A DNA stretch of 64,000 nucleotides from Azolla caroliniana (lineage: Eukaryota; Plantae; Polypodiophyta). The position numbers and the translations under genes are program-made. Location: contig JBHGNT010000012.1 of NCBI GenBank assembly GCA_043228905.1, positions 13,206,001 to 13,270,000 of the forward strand, given 5' to 3'. The notes beneath the pieces were generated by a model. The model ran no database searches. It was not told the origin of the DNA and saw only the letters and a list, made by a program, of their open reading frames with translations. Shown here in pieces: positions 1 to 12,891 of this stretch; positions within the stretch are counted from its first letter, which is position 1, and each line of letters opens with the position of its first letter.

Positions 1-739
1 TAGTCCACTCTGCCATATTTTCCTTGCCATAGCGTCTCCGGCATAATGTCCTCCAGCCACTCCGCAGTGTGCTTCGCGCAATATTATGTCCTTCTCGTCG
101 CTGCGCACTGCACGCCGCCATATGCCATCTGCGCCTTTGTGGTACAATGTGTCCTGTAATAGACAAAAGTGCCAGCTTTGAACAACTAAGCGTTTCCTCT
201 CGTCTTTGTTCATCTCCTCCGGAGGTAAGCCGGTGCTCAGAAATTGGTGCATGTTGGTGAGCCACTTGTCTTCCTCTGCGAACGCACCATCCATTGCCAT
301 TTCTGCTGTGACTCTAAACATCTCTGCATCTGGGAACTCGTCTGGTACGCCGTGACCGGTTTTGCCGGAATCTAACCGGCTCAAATAGTTTGCTACCGCA
401 TGTTGTATGCCGGGTCGGTGGAATATCTCGAACTCAAATTCTTGTAATAGTAACGTCCACCGGGCCAGCTTACCAGTGAGTGATGCTCTGGACACCAAAT
501 AGAGGAGCACCGAATGATCTACGTGAAAGGAAAATTTCCTTCCCAACAGATAGTGTCTAAACTTAGTGACACTGTAGATCATGCCCAAGGCCTCTCTTTC
601 CGTTGTGGAATAATTACGTTCTGCTTGGGACAACTTCCGACTGGCATAATAAACTGGCCGGTACCACTTCGGTTCTGTAAGTTGCATAAGCGCGCTCCCG
701 ATTGCGATGTCGGGCGCGTCAACGAACACATGGAACTCT

Positions 740-1498
740 TTAGACCAATCCGGAGGTTGCACCACCGATGCTTGTGACAATAGTACATTTAGTGCCCGGT
801 AAGCCTTGTCTTCTGTGTCCGTCCATTGGAATGGTGTTCGATGTACCATGGCATGCAATGGCGTAGCCATGTTTGCCAGATACCGGATCCACTGCAATAC
901 CGTCCTTGCTCACGATGTGGCCAAGTAACGCTCCGCTGGACACTCCGAACACGCATTTTTCCGGGTTAAGACTTAGCCGGTAAACCCTACATTTCTCCAG
1001 ACATAGTCGGAGGTGCTGAAGGTGATCCCCTTCCCGGCTATAAACAGCGAAGTCGTCCAGGAAGACATGCATGAATGCCGGAATGAATTCTCCGAAAATC
1101 TCCATGATGATCCGCTGGAAGGTTGTCGGCGCCGTTTTTAGTCCGAACATCATAACTACGGCAACAAAGACTCCCCATTTGGTGACAAAAGCGGTTTTCT
1201 CTTGGTCGTCGAGGTGCATCCGGATCTGATTATAGCCACTGAAACCGTCCAGAAAACTACACACCTCATGGCCGGAGACCGCATCCAAGACTCCATCCAT
1301 GAATGGAAGTGGAAAGGCATCCGTTACCGTAGCCGCATTCAATTTCCGGTAGTCGACATAAACTCTTATCTTACCATTCTTTTTCGGTAGTACGACTATC
1401 GGATTGAGCCATGTGGCTTTCTTTACCAGTCGGATGAAGCCAACCCTTAGCAACTTGTCGATTTCTTCTTTGACTTTTGTTGCATAATTCGGGTTCAT
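740..1498 (-). pseudogene. pol: Gypsy reverse transcriptase fragment
   Basis: Motifs VDYRKLN, DGFSGYNQI, MFGLKTAP, FLDD; reading frame broken on both sides. Confidence 0.9.
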
Positions 1499-4400
1499 CC
1501 GGTAACGCCGTTGCGCTACCGGTTTGGAGTCTTTACTCAGATGTATTTGGTTTGTTGATACAACTGAGGATCGAGTCCCCGCATGTCCTCATAGGACCAG
1601 GTGAACACATCGTGAAATTCTTTTAGGAGTGTGATCATTGCCACTTTGTTCTCCTTGGTCATTTCGTTGGCGATGTGAACCGATCTTGCGTCCTCTGTGG
1701 TACCTAGGTTTACCTCTTCTAAGTGGGATGCTTTTACACGCTACAACACTGCCATTTCTCTTTCCTGTGCCTCCTGTGCTTGCCGTAACTCCCGGATCGC
1801 TTCTTTATCCGGTTCCTCGTTGGTCCCATCCGGTTGCAGTATGTACAGTGATACTGCTTCGGCTACATCAATTTCGAACAGAGGTATGATCTTCGGATTT
1901 TCCTGTAAGTATTGATCAACCTCTTCGTCCGCCAATCCTTCCAGCATGTTGACACATTCCTCATATAGCGGCGTCAATTCCTTGCCGGTACCGGACCGTG
2001 GTTGAGTTGGTACTCGCACTTTCGCTTTTCCACGCCAGAACGTAATTATATTCTTCCTCTAGTTTTGCTTGATGTGTGCTGTTTTTAACCAAGGGCGTCC
2101 CAACAATAGTGGGTAAGCTCCTTGAGCCTGTAGCTGGAGAACTACTGCCGAAATGCGAAATGTGTGACCCCCAATGATCACTTCCAGATCATGTATTAAT
2201 CTGGTCGGCCATACTGAGCTTGTGTCCGCCATCCGAAGCCAAAACGGACATGGTTCCCAGTCATGGATTCCTAGAGTGTTACACGTTCGGAGGCTGATCA
2301 CGTTCATGCCAGATCCTCCATCGATAATCGTGCCGGGTAGCTCTTTTCCTTTCACGATGGCTATGATTGCCGGACTGCTCATGTCTACTACCATCGGTCC
2401 TTCCTCCGGATTTGAAAAGAATGCAGGAGCCGGTGGTGTGTTGGCTGCCGTCATTCCTGTCTTCAGTCTTTCCGTGAATCGTGGTACCAGTTGCAATAGC
2501 CGGCCTAACGGCAACGTTATTTGGCATTCTTGTAACGCCTGCCATGTTGGGTTTTCGGGTTGCCCTATGCCGGTGAGCTCTTCGGCATTCTCCTTTTGTT
2601 GTTCGAGCTCTACCACATTCCGCTCGTTTGCCTTCTTTACCCATTCGGTTGCCTGCTTCCGGATGGCTTCTTGAGTTTCCCACTCCGTGGCTTTGCCTCT
2701 TGATCTTGTAGTGACTTGTTGTAAGTCTGTGACTTCCGCGACTACCATGTTCACCGCTGGTCGCTTGTCGTAGCTTTTCGCCAGACATTGGTTACTATAG
2801 TGGCCTTCTTGTCGGCAATATTAGCAGTACTCCTTCCGGGTGTTGCTGGATTCGGCGTTTGTGCCCGCACCTGGTGGAGGTCCTAAGGTAAGTGCTTGGG
2901 TTTGGTCCGGTTGGCTGCTTGGAGTACCCTTTTCCGGTTCCCATGGATGACCCCCCTTTTTGTTGAAATGAAGTTTCTTGTTGAAATTATTTTTGTTTTG
3001 GTAACCTTGATGGGGATGGTCGTCATACTTGCCATAGTCGTCCTATCGTTGGTTGTAACCAGGGGAGTGATCCCGGTTATATCTCTTGTACTGTCCATTA
3101 TAGTCCCGGTATCTATCCTGTCTGTCATATCCGTCATAAGCGTCTCTTCGATCGCTGTACCAGACATCTTATGTCGGCCGGTAGCGCACCTCTCGCCGCC
3201 AACGTTCTTCTTCTTTCTCCCGGTTGCTTCGTGGTTCAATTTGCCGGACCGGTGGTGCCTACCAATTTAACAAGTTATACTCACACCGTTCCATTGTGTG
3301 ACTTCTGGAGTGGTAGAGCAAGCATTGGGAACGCATGGTGCATTCCAGCGCCGAATGTCCGACATTCAAGCATGTCATACATTGAATTGCTTGCCGGAAG
3401 AGGAGGTCCTCATCTGTCGGTAGTGCACGCTGAAGTGCGCCTAGGGTTAGCCATGAACTTGATTTTTCCATTTCCCGAACTTGGTCAATCACTTGATCTA
3501 TGCTACTGGTGCGGAAATCAATGATGGTGCACACTGTTCGTAAGGGTTCCCGGAGTGTTGCTAAGAATATGGCCTTTGTTTCTTCCTCCGATGGTGCCCG
3601 ACTGAGCTAACTGTGGATCCGCTGGAACCGGATGACAAACTGTTGAATGTTCTCCGTTGGTTCCTTCCGGATAATGTAAAATAGGCCTACCATTTCCCGT
3701 TGGTCCATCTCCTTGTGAAAGAAATGCAAGAATTTGGTCTTTAATGCTTCAAACGTGGGGATGGTGCTGGGATCTTGTGTTTGGTGCCATCTGGCAGCCA
3801 GTCCCTCTAGGGTCATGCCGAACTCTGCCATTTTTGAGCTTTCCTCTTTGGCCACATTTAAGTGTTGGGACACATGGTTTGCCTCCCAGGTCTGCTGAAA
3901 CGCATGAACGTGGGCTTCCATGTCCGAATCATCCCGGTATTTGGGATATTGTAATGACATATCGTCGTCTAGTGTCGGTATGCGGGCTGGTGGTGTTGGT
4001 GGTCTTTCCTCCTCCTTTGTCGGCTTCAGAGGTCTTTCCCGCGCCTGTATCGGCGTCAGAGGTCTTTCCTGCTCCTCTTTCAGTGTTGGAGGCCTCTCCT
4101 CCTCGACTTCCGGTGTCGGAGGTCTCTCTTCCTCGACTTCTGGTTCCGGACTGTGCTCGACTTTCGGTGGCGGAGGTTCCAACCTTGTCAATTCTAGTTT
4201 CGGTGTCAGCAAGGTATCCGACTCCTCGTCCCCCGGTCCGTCTGGGGTGTCGTTACTACTGCGGTAGTTCGTATGCGCGTTGTATTCCCCTTCCGAACCC
4301 GATTCAAAAGCCGAAAATGCTTCGGACTCGCCTTCGCCTGCTACCAATGCCTGGAGAAGGGATTCCGCTTCCCGGAGGCTGCTTAGGCTACTTCCTTCGT

Positions 4401-4633
4401 CTGGGTAGTCGTTTTGTTGTAAACGAAGAGACTCCTTGGCCACTCTCCGGATCACCTTCAAAAATGAGCGATCTGCTCTGATTTCTTCTGCCGCTTGCTG
4501 GAAAGCCTCTCGCTTCCTCAGCCATTCAACAGGTCTCCTTGCTCGCTCCGTAACCGGGTCATTCGTTGGTCTAGTCATCCATTCCCGCCGTTGTTCACTG
4601 CGATTGTGCAAGAATCGTGGTCGCCAAAAACTG

Positions 4634-5045
4634 TGTTATTCCTTAGGGCCGGACAATGGCCTACCACATGGTGTCTACGGAAGACACTTCACCAAAGGGT
4701 GCTACGGCGAGATAACTTAAGACTCAACGATTAATCAGACTTTAATTGGTTACTTAGCAATATGGCATTAGACTTGATACACACGTATGATAGAACAATT
4801 AGCACAGAACGGTAATCAACACTTGAAGATAAAACAAGAAGCTTTATTAATTATCCGTCAAAGTTTTACATTGTAACCGGGCCTTTATATAGATCACCGG
4901 TGCTGAGTACAAAACGGTGCCAACCGGCACCTGTTCGGAACTGGTCCGTCCATTCACGTCTCATAAACTACTTAATTATAATAGATTTCGAATATACAAT
5001 CCCTTTCACATTCTGGTCTTTAACTCCTTTGTCGGCCGAGTAACA
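4634..5045 (-). repeat. 5' LTR of the Athila-like Gypsy
   Basis: Termini TGTTA...TAACA; adjacent PBS-like tggcgaccacg on the minus strand; gag starts just inside. Partner LTR is not in the window. Confidence 0.7.
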
Positions 5046-5205
5046 CGAATTAGCTAAGTGGTAGCTAATTAGCTATTACCATACTTTAGTCAAGAAGCTA
5101 ATTAGTTGCTACCATATTGACTCAGTGGTAGCTAATTAGCTATTGTCATAGTCTAGAAGAATAGCTAGTTAGGTAAGACGTAGTTGAGTAGCTAATTAGC
5201 TACCA
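5046..5205. repeat. AGCTAATTAGCT-type palindromic satellite tract (probable intron)
   Basis: Repeated gtagctaattagcta, the same motif as 14300-15900, followed by the acceptor-like ttgttgtAG at 5208-5216. Confidence 0.8.
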
Positions 5206-5216
5206 TGTTGTTGTAG

Positions 5217-6971
5217 AATCTTGTGGATTAAGGAGGGCGCATGAGCTATTCGGTGTTGATGACGCTGCAACCGATGAGGAGATAGTTGCTAACGTGGCTG
5301 AAAGTAAGAGTCCTGCTACCACAGCTCCACCCTATTCTTTTGGAAGATTGTATTGAATTAGGCAACGATGTGAAAAGCCATGAAATATTGGAAATAACAT
5401 GTAAATCTGAGTTTCACAACAACAGTGTTTTTGAACACTTGATGCAACATTTCTTCGAATCCCAAAACCTTGATTCCACCCCACCGAGCGCAAGTATTGG
5501 TAATGTCCAAACAGATCCCATTGTACTAGAAAAAGCACAAGACGCGGCTGAGGTGATGGATAGGTTGTTGGAGGAGGACACAAGTCTTGCGCAATGGGTG
5601 AAAGAAGCAAGGCTAAATAGGCAACCAGCTAGAAAAAGCCTGAAGAAGGGGCCACGATCGAGGACAAGACCAGTTACCCGGTCAAGGGGCTCTTGAATTG
5701 GAATGAAATACTTATTATTGGGATATGATTGTTAGCGATTTTCCAAGGTTTTTATTAAGTTTTATTATGATTTATTTGGACTTGGTAAAACCTCCGATTG
5801 GTTGTTGCTTGATCCACATTATGTAATGGAACTCTATGATGTTTCTCCAAGATAGGCCCAACACAGTCGACCAAGGGTTTGAAGAGGAAAAGGACACCAA
5901 TTGTGTCGACAGAACCTGAGTTGATTGAAATTGATCGTGTGCTACCAGTAATTGGTGCAACAGAGGCTTAGTTACAGGAATGGAAACATAAACCATTAGA
6001 AGTCGAAAGAAGAGCCTTGATCTTGGAGCTTGATAAAGTCCTGATGAGTGTGCGATATATGACACCAAGGAGGGACGCAAATCAATTTCTAGAGTGGGTT
6101 GTGCAATACTTTGATTTGGGTTTAGGGTTGAAAAACCATGTACAGATCTGTGGAAGTGTGTAGAAAGATTCTTCCCGAAGTGGCGACAACAGTTCAAGGA
6201 TCAGTGGACACGAGAGAAATGTGAGCAGAAGGATGTTGCAAGATTCAAAAGACTTTTTGATTTTTGGGCTATTTGGCCAGATTATAATGCCGAAAATACA
6301 TTGATTTTGGATATAGAACATTTCCGGCATTACTTCTACATTCACAAATGTTGTCTCATTCTACCTGAGGAAAAGCCTGAACACTACTTGGTGAAAACAT
6401 TGAGCTACCAACTAATTGCATGGTTGTGGGCTCCATGTTACGGGCATGACCATAGAATATCCCGTGGTGAGAATTTACCGTAGTATTCTATACACGTGGA
6501 TAAGTGTGAGGGTTAAACGAGAGTGTAAAGAAGGGGAGGGTTACTTTTAATCCTCGGGATTGAGACAACCCATTAGGCCAAGTGTGAACTTACCTGGGGG
6601 CCTTGGGTATCGCTATAAATATGAGGCCTAGCTACCCTGATTTCATCATCTTTTGACTACGTCGAGACTCTGACGTTGTGGTGGGTCAACTCTTGTAGCG
6701 AGCGCGCCAACACCAGGTACGACTCGACGCCACGACGGTAGTATGAGACGCCGTTCCAGGCTCGAGCCCGTCTCGATCCTTTCGCTCGGGGGTGGTCGGG
6801 TGGATCAACACCCTTCTATCTCTCTCACCTTTCTTATGTTTATCTATATTTTATCCTTATTCTATGCTTACATTAGAGCATAACTCTAACACTCCATATT
6901 GAGCTCAGTATGTAGATCATATAAGTAGAGAAGTTCCACTGACCAGCAAGAGCTTAGCTGTTTATAGGTGA
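5217..6971 (+). pseudogene. Decayed gene with C-terminal FCP1/NIF (HAD-family CTD-phosphatase-like) domain, split by a solo LTR
   Basis: Manual translation across frameshifts and stops gives RRALILELDKVL...PRRDANQFLEWVVQYFDLG...FKDQWTREKC...KRLFDFWAIWPDYNAENTLILD...CLILPE, which follows NIF domain motif order. The frame continues across the solo LTR (WAP|Y). Confidence 0.55.
6436..6891 (+). mobile_element. Solo LTR of the chromovirus family also present at 21478, 56004 and 57584
   Basis: TG...CA termini, perfect 5-bp TSD CTCCA (6431-6435 and 6892-6896), clear similarity to LTR 57584-58038. Confidence 0.92.
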
Positions 6972-7886
6972 TTTGTATACATTGCCAGTGGGATGTTATA
7001 AATATGTAATTTGATGACAGATTAATCAATGAAGAATTAAATTGCTTGTTTTGAGTAACCTATCTACTATGTAATTTTAAGAGTATGTTCAGGATTGCTG
7101 ATCTCACGATAGTGTTTTTTCTTAAAATTATGCAAACTATTTTAACTTGTACATGGTTCACTTGAGTAAATCTGTATATAAAAAAGAAGAACCCTAAACA
7201 ATATTATTAAACTGGTTTTTAAGAAAGAAGAACAAAAAGAAGATTGTATATAAAAAAGACACGATTTTATTGAGAAAGAAGCACAAAAAGTAGACTGTAT
7301 ATAAAAAAAAACTCCCAAACGAATTTATTTAAATGTTTATTTGCAATACATGTGCTTTGTTTGGTTTACAAGAAAATTGGTAATTGCTACTTCTAGCTCC
7401 AAATTCCATGGCATACTGTTGTAAATACATTCATACACATTAGCACTAACTATGTATAAACCTGAGCAGATATTTTATTGCAACATTAGGACGTTGATGC
7501 ACCTGACCAAATGAGAGTACGTGTATGTCACTAGTTTGTCTTCTAATAACCTATACACATAATCGTAATCATCTAGTCTTGCATAAAAAATACCTTCAAT
7601 GTAGAATGCCCCGGTAGATACAACATTTCCCCAAGCATCTACAATATTCTGCGTTGCACACTGTTTACTAACCGTGAACTTCAATATATAGAAATCATCA
7701 CCCTTTGAATTGCCTTCTTTTGCATTTACAATGAAATTATCCCCAACATTTAAGACATCACTTAGAGTATCTCCATGTCCTTGATATGTGAAGTCAACAT
7801 TCTTTTCTGTTTCTCCATCAACTGCTTCGTTATCGTTCAATGTATGATACTCCCAATTCTGAATATATACTTTGTTTAAACAATAC

Positions 7887-10800
7887 TGTTGAGAATCGAA
7901 CTCAACTTCCCATAGGAATAGGTTCACACTAGCCCATGGACATACTAGGCTAGTTTTGTAAATAGTAGAAAGGGCGCTTGCCCTAGCTTAGTTGGTATAT
8001 AAACCAACTCATTGTAACTTAGTTACTGTTGGAAGTCTTATGTAATATACAGTTTGATTATCTCTCTCTCTCTCTCTCTCTCTCTTTGTTGTTACACACA
8101 CACACACACACACACATAGTCTCTCATCTTCTGTTGCATTGCAATCACCGCAGAATCCATTTCTTAACATGGTATCAGAGTGTGTGGTTGTCTGATCACA
8201 CCTATTCGATTGTGTTGTGCTACACGCCGACGATCAACAGAACCGGCTAATCAACAGAAGAAGAAATCACCATGAACACTTAGATGGGAAGCACTCTTCC
8301 TACGGAGAAGCTCGACAGAACGAACTTTGCATCTTGGGGTACAAGATGCATCAATACCTTGTTGGACAAGGTTACTGGAGCTACATTGAAGGAGCTCACG
8401 AAATGCAACCCAACCCAACACACGCCGACTATCCCGCTTGGGAGCAGATCGCGAGTCGTGTGTTGTATTGTCTAGCATCATGAGTTCATGATCATATGCT
8501 TGGCTACATTCGAGAGGCAAAAACGCCGAAGTAGGTGTGGGAAAATCTCAAAAAGATTTTCGTAGCCAACACGGCCACACGCAAGCTCCAGCTTCGTCAA
8601 GAGTTGAATAGCATCCAACAGAGGGACATGTCAATCTCAAGCTATACCTTGAAGATCAAGGAACTATGTGACGCCCTCGGATCGATCAACGTCGTCATTG
8701 ATGATGACGAACTAGTGCAGATATACCTCGGAGGCTTAGCACCGTGTTTCGACGCGATTAGATCAGCCATTCTTGCAAGGGAGAACCCTCCCTCCTTCGA
8801 CCTTCAATCGATATTGTTGGTCGAAGAGAATCACGCCCGACAGAGGAGAAACACATCAGATGGTCATTTTCTCTACTCCTAGTCGGATAATAGAAGAGAT
8901 TTCGGTCATGGAAATAGAGGTCGTTTCAAACAAGGCCATAATGATCAGCGGAATCAACAGCGTAACCCCCACCAATGACAAGCGGACAAGAACGGGCCCA
9001 GAGAGCTTGGCGGAAGGGGGTATCATAACGCCAGACCGAGCAATCGTTGAAACCCAGTCGAGTGCGGGTACTGCGGAAAACCCAACCACTACGAAGAAGA
9101 GTGCAGGAAGAAGAAACGTGAGGCAAGCCAACAACTTACGAACTACGCAATAAATTCTGACTACCACGATCATGGCAGAATGTTCGTAATGAGGCATAAA
9201 GCACACTCAATGTCCGCATAGGCTTCAACTAGCGCCTCCACCTCAAATAGTGTATGGTTTGTTGACTCGGGTGCGTCCAACCATATGATGTTTCATGAAG
9301 ATTGGTTCCGGGAACTGCGTAAACCCGATCAGCCCGGATATGTCGAGACTGGCGATGACACGACTGATTCAATACAACATATCGGGAATGTCCCATTCGG
9401 AAATGATGTGGACCAAACTTACCTCAAGAACGTCTTGCATGTCCCAACAATCACGAAGAACCTGATCTCAGTAGGTCAAATTGTCGAACAGGGAATGCAA
9501 GTACGATTCAACAATGATGGTTGTTTTATTGAAAAAGGCGATCCAATCGTAGCCCATGGCCATCGTGAAGGCCGTATGTTCATCCTCAAGTCGAGCGAGG
9601 TAAAGTCGGCCATGTACGCAAAGGGCTAGAAAGTCGAAATTGACTTGAAATTGTGGCACAAGAGGATCGGCCACATTAATCTCCAAAAGCTTCAGAACAT
9701 GCAGACGAAAGGAGTCATAATCGGACTTCCGAACTTTACGGCAAAGGAGATCACAGGCGTGTGCGAAGCATGCCAATTCGGAAAGCAACACCGTCACCCA
9801 TTCTCTAAGGAGCGGAATGTGAGCAAAGGGATCCTGGATGTAATACATTCAAATGTGTGGGGACCAGCCCAAATGGCTACCTTCGGCGGATGCTGTTATT
9901 ATGTCACGTTCATTGACGACTTCTCTAGGAACACCTAGATCTACCCGATGAGACAGAAGAGTGAAGTGTTTGGACACTTCCAGAAGTTCAAAGCCGAAGT
10001 AGAAAAAGCTATGGGCCGACATGTACGCTGCCTTGGATCAGACGGAGGTAAAGAATACTTTTCAGATGAGTTCACGAAGTATCTCCAAAAAGAAGGAATC
10101 CGACGAGAGTTCTCGTGCCGACATACGCCTCAGCAAAACGGCGTAGCAGAGGGGAAAAACAGGCACATAGTCGAAATCGCGCAAGCTATGATGAATGAGA
10201 AGAACTTGCCGAAATCATACTGGGCAGAAGCGGCAAATACGGTCATATACCTCATGAACAAGTGCACAACCTCAGGAGTACACGACATAACTCCACATGA
10301 GAAGTTTTTCGGGAAGAAGCCGAACTTATCGCATGTCCGCATTTTTGGCGCAATCGCCTATGTACACATTCCTGACAATACGCGGCAAAAGCTCGATCCA
10401 AAGTTGGAGAAATCTATCCTCGTGGGATACTCACTCGAACAAAAGGGGTACAAATGCTACAACCCATCTACCTGAAAAGTTCGCATTAGTCGAGACGTAG
10501 TCTTCAATGAGTCCGTATCCTGGTACACACCAAAGAATACGTAGACTCCGCTCGACGCGGATGACACCAAAATAAGAATAGAAGCCGAGGATCACCTCAC
10601 GTAGATGTTCGAAGATAGCCCAACTTCGACACAGTTGAGTGGACCACAAGAGCCCCCAAGTGATAAAAGCACATTTCGGCCAAGTCCAAAGCTAGATAAA
10701 GGCAAGGCGAAAATGCAGGAATACGAAGATCATTTCGATCTTGGCAGTGAGTTCGAAGGCCTTGACATTCACACAGACGGCATGAAGAAACCTCTAGAGT

Positions 10801-12891
10801 CCGCAAACGACAAGCCACGCCGATCTACGCGTGAGAAGAACCTTGTAAACCGCTACGGCTATGACGAGTACTTAGCGTATCATTATGCCTTCATGATGAA
10901 GGTAGTGTCAGTACGGGAGCCAGAAACGCTTTCTGAAGCCGTGAAGGATCCACGATGGGTTAACGCGATGAATGAGGAAATGGAAGCGTTATGTAAAAAC
11001 GAGGCATGGGATCTCGTTCCTCATCCCCCAAACAAGAAACCGATCGGTTGTAGGTGGATTTACAAAGTAAAACATAATGCCGATGGCTCTGTAAATCGCG
11101 TCAAAGCACAACTCATTGCAAAAGGATACGCGCAAACACACGGTGTAGACTACAAAGAGACCTTTGCCCTGGTGGCAAAGATGACCACAGTACGAACGGT
11201 AATTGCACTCGCCGCAGCGAAAGGGTGGCACCTCCACTAGATGGACGTGAAAAATGCTTTCCTCCAAGGAGAGTTAGAAGAAGAAGTGTGTATGATACAA
11301 CCACCCGGATTCGAATCGCGTAAACATCCGCACGCCGTATGCCAACTCAAGAAGCCACTCTACGGCCTCAAACAAGCACCGCATGCTTGGCAGTCGAAGA
11401 TCACGCAGTATCTTCATCAAGTCGGATTTCGGATGTCAAAATCCGATACTTCCCTGTACATCCGAAACGAGTTGGATAGCCCGATAATCATCATCTTGTA
11501 CGTGGATGATTTGGTCATCAGAGAAAGGATCTCGCCGAGATTAACAAAGTTAAATCACTTCTTTCCGACAGATTCGAAATGAAAGACCTGCACGAACTAC
11601 ATTACTTCCTAGGCATTGAAGTAATTCGGACACCAATCGGGATAATGATCTCACAATGGCACTACGTCCTCAACTTACTCTACAAGTTCGGAATGACTGA
11701 GTGCAAGCCTGTGTCTACCCCTCTCGATCGTAACCTAAAGATTGATGCCAATTCCAGAACCGCTGAGAGCGAGCCAACTCAATATCGACAACTGATCGGT
11801 GGTTTGATCTATCTAATCATTACGCGACCCAACCTCAGTTATTCGGTCGGCCTACTTAGCCAGTTCATGCAGAATCCGCAAAACCTTCATCTTGATTGTG
11901 CTAAGAGGATACTACGGTATGTCAATAGGACAATGGCGTACGGCATCATGTATAAATCGAACACGACTATTCGCCTCGAAGGGTACACCGACGCGGACTG
12001 GGCAGGCTATAAAGCGGATAGACGATCCACCTCCGGATTTGTCTTCTCCCTCGGCAGCAGAGCAATCTCTTGGAGCAGCAAGAAATAGCCGACAGTCGCA
12101 CTGTTGAGCACGGAAGCCGAATATAGGGGCGCAACAGTCGCCGCATGCGAAGCCGTATGGCTTAAACACATACTAAAGGATCTGGGCGTTCCCATCAAGG
12201 ATCCCATTCATCTCTACTGCGACAACATGAGCAGTACCTACCTGGCACGGAAACCCGTATTCCACGCGTGGACTAAACCTATCGAAGCGCATTACCACTT
12301 CATCCGCGAGCGCATACAGGCCAGTGAGATCGATCTACAACATACCAGTACACACCTCCAAGTTGCTGATATATTTAGGAAGGCCTTAGGAGTCGACAAG
12401 CTCGAGCAATTTGCATCGGACCTTGGTCTCACGACATCTACATTGCCGAACTTGAGGGGGAGTACAGGTATAGGCGACATGGAAGCAATGCGCAACAATA
12501 CGCCACACATACGCAATTGATCGAGTACGCCAGTACGCAACACAACCGACTAGACAAGTCGAAGTACGAACCGAACAACCTTCTCGACATATAGAAGTTG
12601 CATTCGAAGGGGTGTGTTGAGAATCGAACTCAACTTCCCATAGGAATAGGTTTACACTAGCCCATGGACATACCAGGCTAGTTTTGTAAATAGTAGAAAG
12701 GGCGCTTGCCCTAGCTTAGTTGGTATATAAACCAACTTATTGTAACTTAGTTACTGTTGGAAGTCTTATGTAATATACAGTTTGATTATCTTTGTCTTGA
12801 GCTCTCTCTCTCTCTCTCTCTCTCTTGCTACACACACACAGTCTCTCAACTTCCGCTACATTGCAATCACCGAAGACTCCATTTCTTAACA
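7887..12891 (+). mobile_element. Ty1/Copia LTR retrotransposon (Copia-1), full-length structure, decayed ORF
   Basis: LTRs 7887-8169 and 12615-12891, PBS TGGTATCAGAG (tRNA-iMet) at 8170, TSD AATAC/AATGC. Gag, protease (DSGAS), integrase, RT (LYVDD) and RNase H (DADWAG) with multiple stops. Confidence 0.95.

Larger units (their letters stand above)
1..5045 (-). mobile_element. Ty3/Gypsy non-chromovirus (Athila/Phygy/Selgy-like) LTR retrotransposon, 3' part outside window, decayed
   Basis: Gag remnants at 3259-4611, aspartic protease (IIDGGSGMN, 2059-2754), RT (SFLDGFSGYNQI...VFLDD, 740-1498), RNase H/integrase remnants below 790. 5' LTR at 4634-5045 followed on the minus strand by a TGGCGACC PBS-like motif. 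Confidence 0.9.
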
